The notes under the pieces were generated by a model. It was not told the DNA's origin. It saw only the letters and a list, made by a program, of their open reading frames with translations, and made no database searches. From an uncultured Verrucomicrobiota bacterium (GTDB lineage Bacteria > Verrucomicrobiota > Verrucomicrobiia > Limisphaerales > J093), in the NCBI GenBank assembly GCA_964411985.1, contig CAYPNF010000003.1:3155-67154 (forward strand): a stretch of DNA of 64,000 nt. Reading direction: 5' to 3'. Every line of letters starts with the position of its first letter. Position 1 is the stretch's first letter. Below are positions 25,196 to 34,513 of the stretch, piece after piece. A program made the translations under genes and the position numbers.

Positions 25196-25223
25196 TAAAG
25201 CCCTGCGGTACATGAGCCGATAG
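25196..25223 (+). promoter_or_regulatory. sigma-28-like promoter TAAA-N16-GCCGATAG (MCP)
   Basis: cTAAAGccctgcggtacatgaGCCGATAGt has a spacer one nt longer than consensus. The leader to ATG 25454 would be about 220 nt and GC-rich. Confidence 0.5.
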
Positions 25224-25453
25224 TCTCAGCGCGGGGATAGTCGAATCCTACGTGGGATCGGCTGGGGGATTGGGACAGCCGGTTGCCCCCATGGGGCCCC
25301 GCGAAGACGTATCCATCAGAGTGCCCAGTATTCGTGGGGATTGAGCTCAGTCTGAGCCTGGGTTGCGATGGAATAGGCTATTTCCGCTGCGGGGAGCGAA
25401 AGCGAGACAGCCTGCCACTTGCACGAACATAAATTGTCATCAGTCTCCCTGCC

Positions 25454-27508
25454 ATGAATCTGAAGAAACGCCTCATTCTTACCCTCATGATCGCCATGAC
25501 CTTCATGGTCGTGGTATCCCAGGTCGCCCAGTTTCTCCATTCACGCGCCAATACCCTCGGTCTCGGTGCCAGGAACTGGCAGTCCATGCACCAGGAAGCT
25601 CTGCAAAGCGCCGAAAACGTGAATACCGCGCTCTTGTTCGGAATGAATACGATTCTGGAGTCAGGGGAGATGGACGGTTTCAACAAGGTGGCAGCACTGG
25701 AGAAAGACATCACCGGGTTCCAGGAGTTCTCGCTCTATAACGTGAAGGGTGTCGTCACTTATTCCTCGGACAAGGCCGCACTGAAAAGGCAACTTCCTGC
25801 TGATCTGCAGACCAAGCTACTTTCTCATCCCGAGAGGCTCAGACGAGAAAAAGATGGAGCGATCGAAATCTTCCAGCCGCTTCTGGCCAAAGCGAAGTGC
25901 ATCGAGTGCCATACCGACTGGAAGGCCGATTCGATCTGTGGTGTGACCCTAACGCGCTTCTCGGGCAAGATCCTTTCCGACTTGCAGGCCGAGAATGAGA
26001 CGGCCATTCGAGCCATGCAGAAGGAGACAATTCAGGATTGCTCCCTGATCATCGCCATCACCTTGATCCTAAGCGCCTTCCTGGCCTGGTGGGTCGCAGC
26101 TGCCATTAGCAGACCTATCCTTCTCATCAGCGGCAAACTGGCGGATGCCTCCTCCCAAACCGCCTCCTCCATCGAACAAGTCACTGGAGCCAGCACCCAC
26201 TTGGCTGAGGGTGCCAGCCAACAAGCAGCTTCCTTGGAAGAAACCAGTGCCTCCCTGGAAGAGATCGCCTCGATGACCCAACAAAACAGCGAAAGTGCTA
26301 ACCAGGCCAAGGTCTTGGCGGATCAAGCCCACAAAGCAGCGGAGGCGGGCTCCCAAGACATGCGCCAGATGCACCAAGCCATGGACGAGATCCAGGTCTC
26401 CTCGGACAACATCGCCAAGATCATCAAGACGATCGACGAAATCGCGTTTCAGACAAACATCCTGGCCCTCAACGCCGCGGTGGAGGCGGCCCGAGCAGGC
26501 GAGGCTGGAATGGGATTCGCCGTCGTGGCGAATGAGGTCCGCAACCTGGCACAGCGTAGTGCTGAATCAGCCCGGGAAACCGCCCAACTCATCGAGGATG
26601 CCAGGGAGAAGAGCCACCGAGGTGTGGATATCAGCCGTCGTGCCGCTGCAAGCCTCAATGACATCCTAGCCAAGGCACGAAAAGTCAACGAACTGGTAGC
26701 CGGAATCGCCGTCGCCTCCAACGAACAGAGCCAGGGAATCACCCAGGTGAATGTCGCCGTCGCCGACATGGACCGTCTCACCCAGTCGAGCGCCGCCAGT
26801 GCAGAGGAAAGCGCCAGTGCCGCGCTTGAAATGCGTTCCCAGGCCGAAAAGCTGGACCAAGCCGTCATGGAGCTGGAGAAAATGGTGGGCCGGTCGGGAG
26901 ACAAAGCAGGCAACTCAAGACCCGCTCCGTCAAAGAGCAGGCAGAACGGGCGTTCCTCCCAAGTCCCCCGCAAAAAGGAAGCAACGGCTTTTCCTCTGCC
27001 CCCTGTCAGGAGTCGGGCGAGGGATTCCATCAAGTCCCCTCCCAACGGTGAGACTTCAGGAATCGAGAAAGCGCTGGTGCAATGGGACGAAGAGACCATG
27101 AGTACGGGCGTTGCTTCGATTGACGAGCAACACCAGGAGCTAATCCGAATGATCAACCGCCTTCACAGCGCCTGCGCTGCCGGGGCGGCAAAGGAGGAGC
27201 TTCACCAGATCGTCGAGTTCCTCCAGAAGTATGTGGTGGAACATTTCAAACACGAGGAAGGGCTCATGGAGAAGCACCGATGCCATGCCCGGGGAGCCAA
27301 CGCGCTCGCTCATAAGAAATTCCTCCAGGCATTTACCGATCTGGCCTCAGATCTGGAAAAGAATGGCCCATCTACTTCGCTCGTGCTCAAACTCAAAGAA
27401 GCCGTGGGAGACTGGTTGGTCAACCACATTTGCCACATCGATACCAAGCTTCGTGACTGCTCCGGGAATTGCACCCGGTCGCATCACGAGCAGACCTGGG
27501 TCGGCTAG
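25454..27508 (+). CDS. methyl-accepting chemotaxis protein with periplasmic CxxCH domain and C-terminal hemerythrin-like domain
   Basis: TM1, a region of about 170 aa containing KCIECH, TM2, an MCP signalling domain ([34 protein letters not shown]) and a hemerythrin-like C terminus ([39 protein letters not shown]). Confidence 0.9.
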   Translation: MNLKKRLILTLMIAMTFMVVVSQVAQFLHSRANTLGLGARNWQSMHQEALQSAENVNTALLFGMNTILESGEMDGFNKVAALEKDITGFQEFSLYNVKGVVTYSSDKAALKRQLPADLQTKLLSHPERLRREKDGAIEIFQPLLAKAKCIECHTDWKADSICGVTLTRFSGKILSDLQAENETAIRAMQKETIQDCSLIIAITLILSAFLAWWVAAAISRPILLISGKLADASSQTASSIEQVTGASTHLAEGASQQAASLEETSASLEEIASMTQQNSESANQAKVLADQAHKAAEAGSQDMRQMHQAMDEIQVSSDNIAKIIKTIDEIAFQTNILALNAAVEAARAGEAGMGFAVVANEVRNLAQRSAESARETAQLIEDAREKSHRGVDISRRAAASLNDILAKARKVNELVAGIAVASNEQSQGITQVNVAVADMDRLTQSSAASAEESASAALEMRSQAEKLDQAVMELEKMVGRSGDKAGNSRPAPSKSRQNGRSSQVPRKKEATAFPLPPVRSRARDSIKSPPNGETSGIEKALVQWDEETMSTGVASIDEQHQELIRMINRLHSACAAGAAKEELHQIVEFLQKYVVEHFKHEEGLMEKHRCHARGANALAHKKFLQAFTDLASDLEKNGPSTSLVLKLKEAVGDWLVNHICHIDTKLRDCSGNCTRSHHEQTWVG

Positions 27509-27606
27509 ACTCTCTCGATGACCTGAGCAGCCCGCACTGGCTGCTGTCGGTTCTTGTCAGCCAAGCCACATCCGCCTTAGGATGCATGGAGCAACCATAG
27601 CATCCT

Positions 27607-30600
27607 ATGAAACATCTCCTGACGGTTCTCCTCCTTGCGGTTCTGGCTTCCTCTTGGAGCGGCTCGGCTCTGACCCTATCTGATTCCGGAACCACGTCCT
27701 CGGTGATCGTGGTCGACCAGGACGCGACCGGAGTGGAGTTGCGCGCAGCTCAGGAATTATCCACTTCCTTGGAGCGCGTGACGGGGGCTCGATTCCCACT
27801 GGTCCAATACCCCGCCGATCCTCCCAGCCAGTGCATCGTCGTAGGCCGCGGGCGCCAAGCCGAACGCTTCGCGTCCAAGCAAGAGCTGGATTCCCTCGGT
27901 GACGAGGAGATTCTAATCCGCACTTCCGGCTCGCGCCTTCTCCTCTCGGGGGGCAGACCGCGCGGCACCCAATATGCCGTTTATCATTTCCTGCAACGTT
28001 ACTGCGGAGTGCGATGGTGGACTCCCTGGGCAAGCCACTACCCTCAGCGACGGGACCTGACCCTCGGATCAATCGATGTTCGCTACCAACCCACGTTCGA
28101 GTCCAGAGATCCCTTCTGGCATGTCGCCTTTGACCCGGATTGGGCCGCGCGTAACTTCAGCAACAGCCAGTCAGCCCGACTCCGACCCGACCAAGGAGGC
28201 GCGATAGTCTACAAGGGTTTCGTTCACACCTTCTATCCCCTCGTTCCACCCGAAAAGCACTTTGCTCAACATCCGGAATGGTACAGTGAAATCGACGGTA
28301 AGCGCACTTCCGACCATGCGCAGTTGTGTCTTAGCAATCCCGAGTTGCGCGCGTTCGTCGTCAAGCAGGTCAAGGCATGGTTGCGTGAAGCACCGGAAGC
28401 CCGCATCATTTCAGTCTCTCAGAATGACTGGCACAAGCCCTGTGCCTGCCAGGAATGCAAGGCCACCGACGATGCCGAGGGCAGCCACGCTGGATCCCTG
28501 CTGGTCTTCGTCAACCATGTCGCCGCCAGCATCGCCGCCGAGTTTCCCCAAGTGGCGGTCGATACCCTCGCCTACCAGTACACCCGCAAGCCGCCCAAGA
28601 ATGTCAAACCGCTGCCCAACGTCATCGTGCGTCTGTGCTCCATCGAATGCAATTTCCGCGAACCCTTGGATCATTCCAGCAACGCCGCCTTCGCGGACGA
28701 CATCCGGGGCTGGGCCAAAATCTGCAACCGCCTATATATTTGGGATTACACCACTGATTTTGCTCACTATGTCCAACCGCACCCCAACTGGTTCGTGTTG
28801 GGAGCCAACGTTCGATTCTTCGCGCGTCACAGCGTGCGCGGACTCTTCGAGCAAGGTGCCTATCAGTCCCCAGGGTCGGAGATGGCAGAACTACGCTCCT
28901 GGGTCCTCGCCCAATTGTTGTGGAATCCCGACCGGGATGACGCATCCCTGATCCGGGAATTTCTGGACGGCTACTACGGAGCCGCCGCTCCCTTGATCGC
29001 CCAGTACTTGGAGCTCTTTCATCGAGCCTCCCAAGGTTACAACCTGACCTGTTTCAGCTCCACGGACACCCCCTTCCACCGTCTCGAGCCGTTGCGGCAG
29101 GCAGAAACCCTTTGGGAGCAGGCCGAGAAAGCAGTAGCGGACAACATGGAGCTGGTGCGGCGAGTGCGCATGGCACGGCTACCCCTGCATTATGTCTGGC
29201 TCGCGCGCTGGAATCCGCTCCTCAAAGAATGGAAGGAAAAGGGAGGAGCCTGGCCGGTGCCGTCGTCACGAAAGCAGCTGGCCGAACAGTGGCTCACCGT
29301 TGCCACAGGCGCACAGGAGGCACCCTGGAGCCAGGTATCGCTGGTCAATGAATCCGGTCTCACTCCGAAAGCGTTCGTGGAGAAAATCCTCAAAGAGCCT
29401 TCTCCTGATGCCGTTTCAGAGACAAGGGCTGTCGACTCCAAACGGACCATGCCCAGGGTGCAGGTAGCCACGAATTCCCAAACCCTGGTGACAAGCGATG
29501 GGATGGCGTTCTTCCCTTTTGGAGTCAACTATTTCCGTCCGCACACAGGCTGGGCACCCCAAGTGTGGAAGCGGTTCGACGCCGAGGCGGTTCGTCAGGA
29601 CTTCGCGCGTATGAAGGAGCTAGGTGTCAACTGCGTGCGGGTATTCCTCACGTTTGGCTCCTTCCTGCAGCAGGAGGGAGAAATCTCCCCAGAGGGACTA
29701 AAACGATTTGACCAGTTTCTCGACCTGGCCGAGGAAGCAGGTATCTACGTCCACCCCACAGGACCCGATCATTGGGAAGGACTCCCGGACTGGGCCAAGA
29801 ACGATCGCATCGCGGATGAGAGAGTGTTGCAGGCTTTGGAAACGTTTTGGAAGGCATTCGCACTTCGCTACCGGGACCGAAACGTGCTCTTCGCGTATGA
29901 TCTACTCAACGAACCCGAGGTGGGCTGGAACACCCCGGCCATGAAACCCAAGTGGAACGAATGGGTCACTCGCAAATACGGCTCGCTCGACAAAGCCTTG
30001 GAACGTTGGGGAAAACACAGCCAGACCGGCTCGAGTCAGGAAACCCCGGTCCCTGCGGCGTCAGATGCGGTCCTGGATCCTCACCTGCTGGACTACCAGC
30101 TCTTTCGCGAGGATCTAGCCACCGATTGGACTCGACGTCAGGTCCAGGCCATCAAGTCCGTGGCTCCGCAAGCCCTGGTTACCGTGGGCCTCATCCAGTG
30201 GTCGGTGCCCGCGCTCCTGCCAGGAGTCAAGCACTACTCTGGCTTTCGCCCAGCCAACCTCGCCCCTTTCCTGGATTTTATGGAAGTTCACTTCTATCCC
30301 CTCGAGAACGGTTTCTACACCTACCGACCCGAGGACGGCGTGCGCAACCTCGCCTACCTGGAGTCTGTCGTGCGTAACGTGGCAGCCTGCGGGAAACCGG
30401 TTATACTGGCAGAGTTTGGCTGGTACGGGGGCGGCAAGCTGACTCTGGAGAACGGAAAACACCCACCTGCGTCGGAAGAGCAGCAGGCAACCTGGTGTCG
30501 GCAAGCGGTGGAGTCCACCGCCGGGTATGCGGTGGGATGGCTCAATTGGGGGCTCTACGACCACCCTGAAGCTGGAGACGTAACGCAACTCACCGGATTA

Positions 30601-30798
30601 CTTTCGGCGAAGGGAGCTCAGAAGGAATGGGGGCGGGAGTTCAGCAAGCTCGCTCAACGCCTGCCCACCCTGGCGGGCCATCGCCCGATCCAGCCTAGGC
30701 CTGCCCTGGACTGGAACCGGTGCATCACCAGCACAGCTGAAGGAAACGCTTTTCGCCAGGAGTATGCGAAGAGCGTGCAGGGATCCGCGAAACCCTGA
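27607..30798 (+). CDS. secreted two-domain glycoside hydrolase candidate (DUF4838-like N-terminal half plus GH5-like C-terminal half)
   Basis: Signal peptide (MKHLLTVLLLAVLASSWSGSA). The N-terminal half resembles DUF4838. The C-terminal half (FGVNYFRP..MKELGVNCVRVFL..LLNEPEV..ILAEFGW) resembles a GH5 (beta/alpha)8 fold, including the NEP acid/base and a nucleophile Glu. Confidence 0.65.
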   Translation: MKHLLTVLLLAVLASSWSGSALTLSDSGTTSSVIVVDQDATGVELRAAQELSTSLERVTGARFPLVQYPADPPSQCIVVGRGRQAERFASKQELDSLGDEEILIRTSGSRLLLSGGRPRGTQYAVYHFLQRYCGVRWWTPWASHYPQRRDLTLGSIDVRYQPTFESRDPFWHVAFDPDWAARNFSNSQSARLRPDQGGAIVYKGFVHTFYPLVPPEKHFAQHPEWYSEIDGKRTSDHAQLCLSNPELRAFVVKQVKAWLREAPEARIISVSQNDWHKPCACQECKATDDAEGSHAGSLLVFVNHVAASIAAEFPQVAVDTLAYQYTRKPPKNVKPLPNVIVRLCSIECNFREPLDHSSNAAFADDIRGWAKICNRLYIWDYTTDFAHYVQPHPNWFVLGANVRFFARHSVRGLFEQGAYQSPGSEMAELRSWVLAQLLWNPDRDDASLIREFLDGYYGAAAPLIAQYLELFHRASQGYNLTCFSSTDTPFHRLEPLRQAETLWEQAEKAVADNMELVRRVRMARLPLHYVWLARWNPLLKEWKEKGGAWPVPSSRKQLAEQWLTVATGAQEAPWSQVSLVNESGLTPKAFVEKILKEPSPDAVSETRAVDSKRTMPRVQVATNSQTLVTSDGMAFFPFGVNYFRPHTGWAPQVWKRFDAEAVRQDFARMKELGVNCVRVFLTFGSFLQQEGEISPEGLKRFDQFLDLAEEAGIYVHPTGPDHWEGLPDWAKNDRIADERVLQALETFWKAFALRYRDRNVLFAYDLLNEPEVGWNTPAMKPKWNEWVTRKYGSLDKALERWGKHSQTGSSQETPVPAASDAVLDPHLLDYQLFREDLATDWTRRQVQAIKSVAPQALVTVGLIQWSVPALLPGVKHYSGFRPANLAPFLDFMEVHFYPLENGFYTYRPEDGVRNLAYLESVVRNVAACGKPVILAEFGWYGGGKLTLENGKHPPASEEQQATWCRQAVESTAGYAVGWLNWGLYDHPEAGDVTQLTGLLSAKGAQKEWGREFSKLAQRLPTLAGHRPIQPRPALDWNRCITSTAEGNAFRQEYAKSVQGSAKP

Positions 30799-30816
30799 GC
30801 ATCTGCCCCCATCAAG

Positions 30817-33800
30817 CTAGGTTGACTCTCCCGCGGCACGGGATGGCCCCTGTGAGGGGGCCAGATGGAGCGGACTGGTGGTTCGTTGCCAAATCTCGTC
30901 CACCAACTCCTCAAATACCTGATGTGGCTCGGCGCCTTCTGGCAAAGGAATCCGGGCCAGGGCTGTATTAGGCAAGCCTCCCGTGACGAAACACTTCGGG
31001 AGGCCCACTTCCATCAGGTCCACGCTTCGCGGACTTCGAATGCGCACTCCCAGGTAGCGGCGGCCACGCATGTCCGTTACCACCTGCCCCACCAGGATCG
31101 ATTTGTCCCCCAAGTCCCCACGACGCGTCAGGTGCTCCGAGATCCAATGGTAAAAATCAAGCTCGTTGGCCTCGTTGCCAGCCACAGGCGTCGGCGAAGC
31201 CACTTCGTCAAGGGTGAAGAAATGGGAGGTGAAAGGACGACGCCGATTCTCCAACACAATCTTCTCCACCAGCACCTGAACTCTCTCGTCCAGGAGCCGA
31301 TACTCAGCGATGAACTGTCCCCAGGCTTCATTGGTTTCCAATTGGTCCGGGCGATGCACTCCAATCAGCGCATGGATCGCGTGGAGAAACCCTCCTGCCC
31401 TCGTGACCAAACGTATCGCGCGTGCGGCTTCGAGCGTACGATCCGGGTTGAACTGAGTGTAGAACCATAGCCACTCACTGGTGGTCTCCGCGGGAGCATC
31501 GAGGTAACTACCCACGGCTGCCATCCAGTTGATGCGGTTCAGCAAGGAAGCCTCCGGCGCCACCAATTGCGCCAGTTCTCTCATAAGCATGGCGGTGGGG
31601 AACTCCTTCGACGGCACGGTAGACTTCAGGGTCTGGGGAGAAAGCAGCAGGACGTTCTGCCTCGTCGGGGCGACTTCGGTGAGCGTTCTCACTTCCTGCG
31701 TGCTCCCCATCAGCGCCGCAAGCCTGTCAGGAGGCAGGTCGTGGTTGTTCACCACGGTGACACGGCAATGGGCGGCAGTCCTGACCAAGTGGCTGTTCCC
31801 CGGTTCTCGGAACGGATACGAACGATCGAGAACGAAGACGTGGCGAACCGGGTTCGGAGAGGCCTCAGACCGCTCCACAAAATGGGGGATGGTCTCAGAG
31901 CGGAAGGATTCGTTGAGGAAGGTAATTCGCCCCACGGCTTCCGGTCGCAGGTTCATCACCAGACTGTGAAGAATCGCCGCCGAGGCCACGCCATCCTCGT
32001 CATTGTCGCAGGCGATGAGAATGCCCTCCTTTTCCCCGATGGCCAGCAATCGCTCCTTGAGCGCCGCCGCCCCTGCCTCCAAGCAATCGCGGTAGACGGC
32101 GCGATCCCGCATTCGAATCAGCGCCAGGAGGTCCGACGCCGTAGGGGCATCCACATCAAACTCGGCCGCCACTCGAAGGACCTCTCCATAGCTGCGGGAA
32201 AGCTGCTCGTAAAGATGATACTCCTCCAGCTGCCGGTCCCAGTTCTGACCGGCACTATTCTGGAGCATTTCGTAGAGCGAGACCAAGAGGCCGCCCGAGC
32301 TGGCGAGGTTGTCCGGGATCACTTGGATTTGACGATCACGCAAGATGCGTTTGGCTTCACAGCTGACCGCGGCGCCAGTTAACTCGCACACAATCCGGAC
32401 CTGCAGCCTCGGAGCATTGTCCGCCCGCACAGATCCTGGAATAGCCGCCAGAACCAGGATGTCCGCCGGTAATTCCTTCAACCGCTGTGGTTCGGGATGG
32501 AACGTAATCGCCGATCCCTCCCGGGTGGAAAGGCCGCGCGCAGCAGGACTCCCAAGCAACGTGTCGAGCCGCCGACCACAATTCTTGTGCACGAGGATGA
32601 CGGCGAGTTCCTCGCGCGTGAACCCCCCGAGCTGGGTCACCATCCCTCGACTGTCACTCACCGCAACAATCGTGGCCCCCTTCTGTACCATCGTGGTGGC
32701 GACATGCTTGCCGGCATTGCCCAAACCTTCGATGGCGACCGTGAGCCCCTTCAGAGGTGCGGATTTGCCCTCCAGAGTCTTGAGCAGAATCTCGATGGAC
32801 ATGACTCCCCCAAGAGCCATGGCTTCAGGCCGCAACTCCGAGCCGCACAGATCGGCGGGCTTGCGCGTCACCACCCCCAGCTTCGGAGTCACGCATTCGT
32901 AAGTAAACGGCAGCATGAAGAAAAGGATCCGGGCCACCGGCGGCAGCAGATCTCCAGCCTCGGTCACCGCGCGGGTAGCACGCTCCAAAACCTCTTTCCT
33001 GGCCTGCAAATAGGGGTCCGTGATGAAACGCGGGATGTCCGACTTGGCTTCACACAGGAGGTTCACCACCTCCCAGAACTTCTCCTTCACCTGCGCCCGG
33101 GTGGTGCCGGGGCCGGGCATCAGCGCCGCCAACGCGCGCTCGTGTTCCTTGGAGAGCAAAGGAGCGCGACCAAACCAGTCCAAAGCCAGGGCCTGCCCTC
33201 GGGGCAACCGCTTCAGCAGAGCGGCTTCCAGCATGATCCTCTGGTTGTCCAACAGCGTCTTCAGGAAAGTGGCCAGCACCTCCGGCTCTCCACACTCGTC
33301 GAGACTCCGTACGGAGAGCACGACGGAAAGCGTCTTCAGAATCGGCTCGCGACGATGGTAAAGCTGGTCCTCGTTCTGCTGGGTCTCCCCTGTCCCAAAA
33401 AAGAGGTCGATCACCTCGCGGTACTGCGCAGGTGAGGGCGAACCCTCGGCGGGGAGGTTCGACAACGCGCGGCGCAAATGGTCTCGAGAGGTGGAGAGCA
33501 AGACCGAGTGCTCCATCTGCATCCGGGCTGCGGCTCGAACCAGCACACAGGCGGTAGGACAATAGCCAGGCCGTTCGTACAACTCTCTCAGCCGGGCCGT
33601 CATGTCCTCATCCCCAAAGATGATGTTGGGATCCTCCTGAAGAAGTGCTCTCAAATGCCCCTCGACAACGTGGGTGGGCAACTGCAAGTCAAGCCGCGCA
33701 GTCAAAGTCGAGTTGGTCTCGGCAGCGTGCACGATCTTGTCATAGGCGATCCTCCCCGCCTTGGTCAGCATCGCCGCCGCCTCGTTCATCATCCCCTCAA

Positions 33801-34485
33801 TCAATGCCTTGTCCTCGGCGATGTGGGCGTCATCCCCCTTCAGGGCCGGCCGGAGCAAATAGCGTCCGGAATCGCAATCGAACTCACGCACCGCGCACAG
33901 CACCAAGCCTTCGCTCCCGGCAAAGGGAGCGCCGGTTGCCTGGCACTTCAGGCTCATGCTGAAACTCTCCCCGGTCATAAACTCACGCATGGCCTGTTTC
34001 ACCAGCCGTTCCGGCTCGGTCGAAGTCGTCCAGCGCAACTCTCCCTCAGGCGGGATCACTTCCACCACACCCGGCGACACTTCCCGGAACTGAGGCCCCT
34101 CACCCAGCAAGTCAACCGGAAACACCAGCTTCAGCGCCCCTTTCCCCACTTTTCCCTGGATGAGGTGGTGGGTTTCCACCAGGAGGAAACTCCCGGACGC
34201 TCCGGCGCCGGGGGCCGAGGATTCACCCTCAAATACACTATGCCGACCGAAGATGCGGTGCAGATCCTCCCGGGAAAGCCCAAGGCGCGCCGCGGCGGTC
34301 CGGATGCGCTCGGTAATCATCCGCAGCAAACCGTTCTGGGGGACAACCTCCCCCGCCACCGCTGCGTAGCCAAAATCGTCGTCCGACGTTGAGGAGGATG
34401 CCCGCGGGAACGGCGGCGCAGAGAGAATTTCCGTAGGGCCTGGGGCCGGGGATTTCGTCATGGGAGGATCATACGCTATGTGCAC
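30817..34485 (-). CDS. 1222-aa Glu/Leu/Phe/Val-dehydrogenase-like protein with long insertion and C-terminal DHH-like domain
   Basis: The Rossmann part (GLTVAIEGLGNAGKHVATTMVQKGATIVAVSDSRG..VIPDNLASSGGLLVSLYEMLQN) matches the ELFV dehydrogenase C-terminal domain. The C terminus carries DHH-like motifs (ILIACDNDEDGVASAAIL, VFVLDRS, VTVVNNHD). The start is GTG 34485 or ATG 34461. Confidence 0.7.
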   Translation of the reverse strand: MHIAYDPPMTKSPAPGPTEILSAPPFPRASSSTSDDDFGYAAVAGEVVPQNGLLRMITERIRTAAARLGLSREDLHRIFGRHSVFEGESSAPGAGASGSFLLVETHHLIQGKVGKGALKLVFPVDLLGEGPQFREVSPGVVEVIPPEGELRWTTSTEPERLVKQAMREFMTGESFSMSLKCQATGAPFAGSEGLVLCAVREFDCDSGRYLLRPALKGDDAHIAEDKALIEGMMNEAAAMLTKAGRIAYDKIVHAAETNSTLTARLDLQLPTHVVEGHLRALLQEDPNIIFGDEDMTARLRELYERPGYCPTACVLVRAAARMQMEHSVLLSTSRDHLRRALSNLPAEGSPSPAQYREVIDLFFGTGETQQNEDQLYHRREPILKTLSVVLSVRSLDECGEPEVLATFLKTLLDNQRIMLEAALLKRLPRGQALALDWFGRAPLLSKEHERALAALMPGPGTTRAQVKEKFWEVVNLLCEAKSDIPRFITDPYLQARKEVLERATRAVTEAGDLLPPVARILFFMLPFTYECVTPKLGVVTRKPADLCGSELRPEAMALGGVMSIEILLKTLEGKSAPLKGLTVAIEGLGNAGKHVATTMVQKGATIVAVSDSRGMVTQLGGFTREELAVILVHKNCGRRLDTLLGSPAARGLSTREGSAITFHPEPQRLKELPADILVLAAIPGSVRADNAPRLQVRIVCELTGAAVSCEAKRILRDRQIQVIPDNLASSGGLLVSLYEMLQNSAGQNWDRQLEEYHLYEQLSRSYGEVLRVAAEFDVDAPTASDLLALIRMRDRAVYRDCLEAGAAALKERLLAIGEKEGILIACDNDEDGVASAAILHSLVMNLRPEAVGRITFLNESFRSETIPHFVERSEASPNPVRHVFVLDRSYPFREPGNSHLVRTAAHCRVTVVNNHDLPPDRLAALMGSTQEVRTLTEVAPTRQNVLLLSPQTLKSTVPSKEFPTAMLMRELAQLVAPEASLLNRINWMAAVGSYLDAPAETTSEWLWFYTQFNPDRTLEAARAIRLVTRAGGFLHAIHALIGVHRPDQLETNEAWGQFIAEYRLLDERVQVLVEKIVLENRRRPFTSHFFTLDEVASPTPVAGNEANELDFYHWISEHLTRRGDLGDKSILVGQVVTDMRGRRYLGVRIRSPRSVDLMEVGLPKCFVTGGLPNTALARIPLPEGAEPHQVFEELVDEIWQRTTSPLHLAPSQGPSRAAGEST

Positions 34486-34513
34486 AACTCGGCAAGGCTA
34501 GGCGCGTGCGAGC

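Noticed and set aside
25363-25740. 125-aa plus-strand ORF upstream of and overlapping the MCP gene
   Set aside because: It is in a different frame from the MCP, whose N-terminal TM helix starts cleanly at 25454, and it has no motifs.
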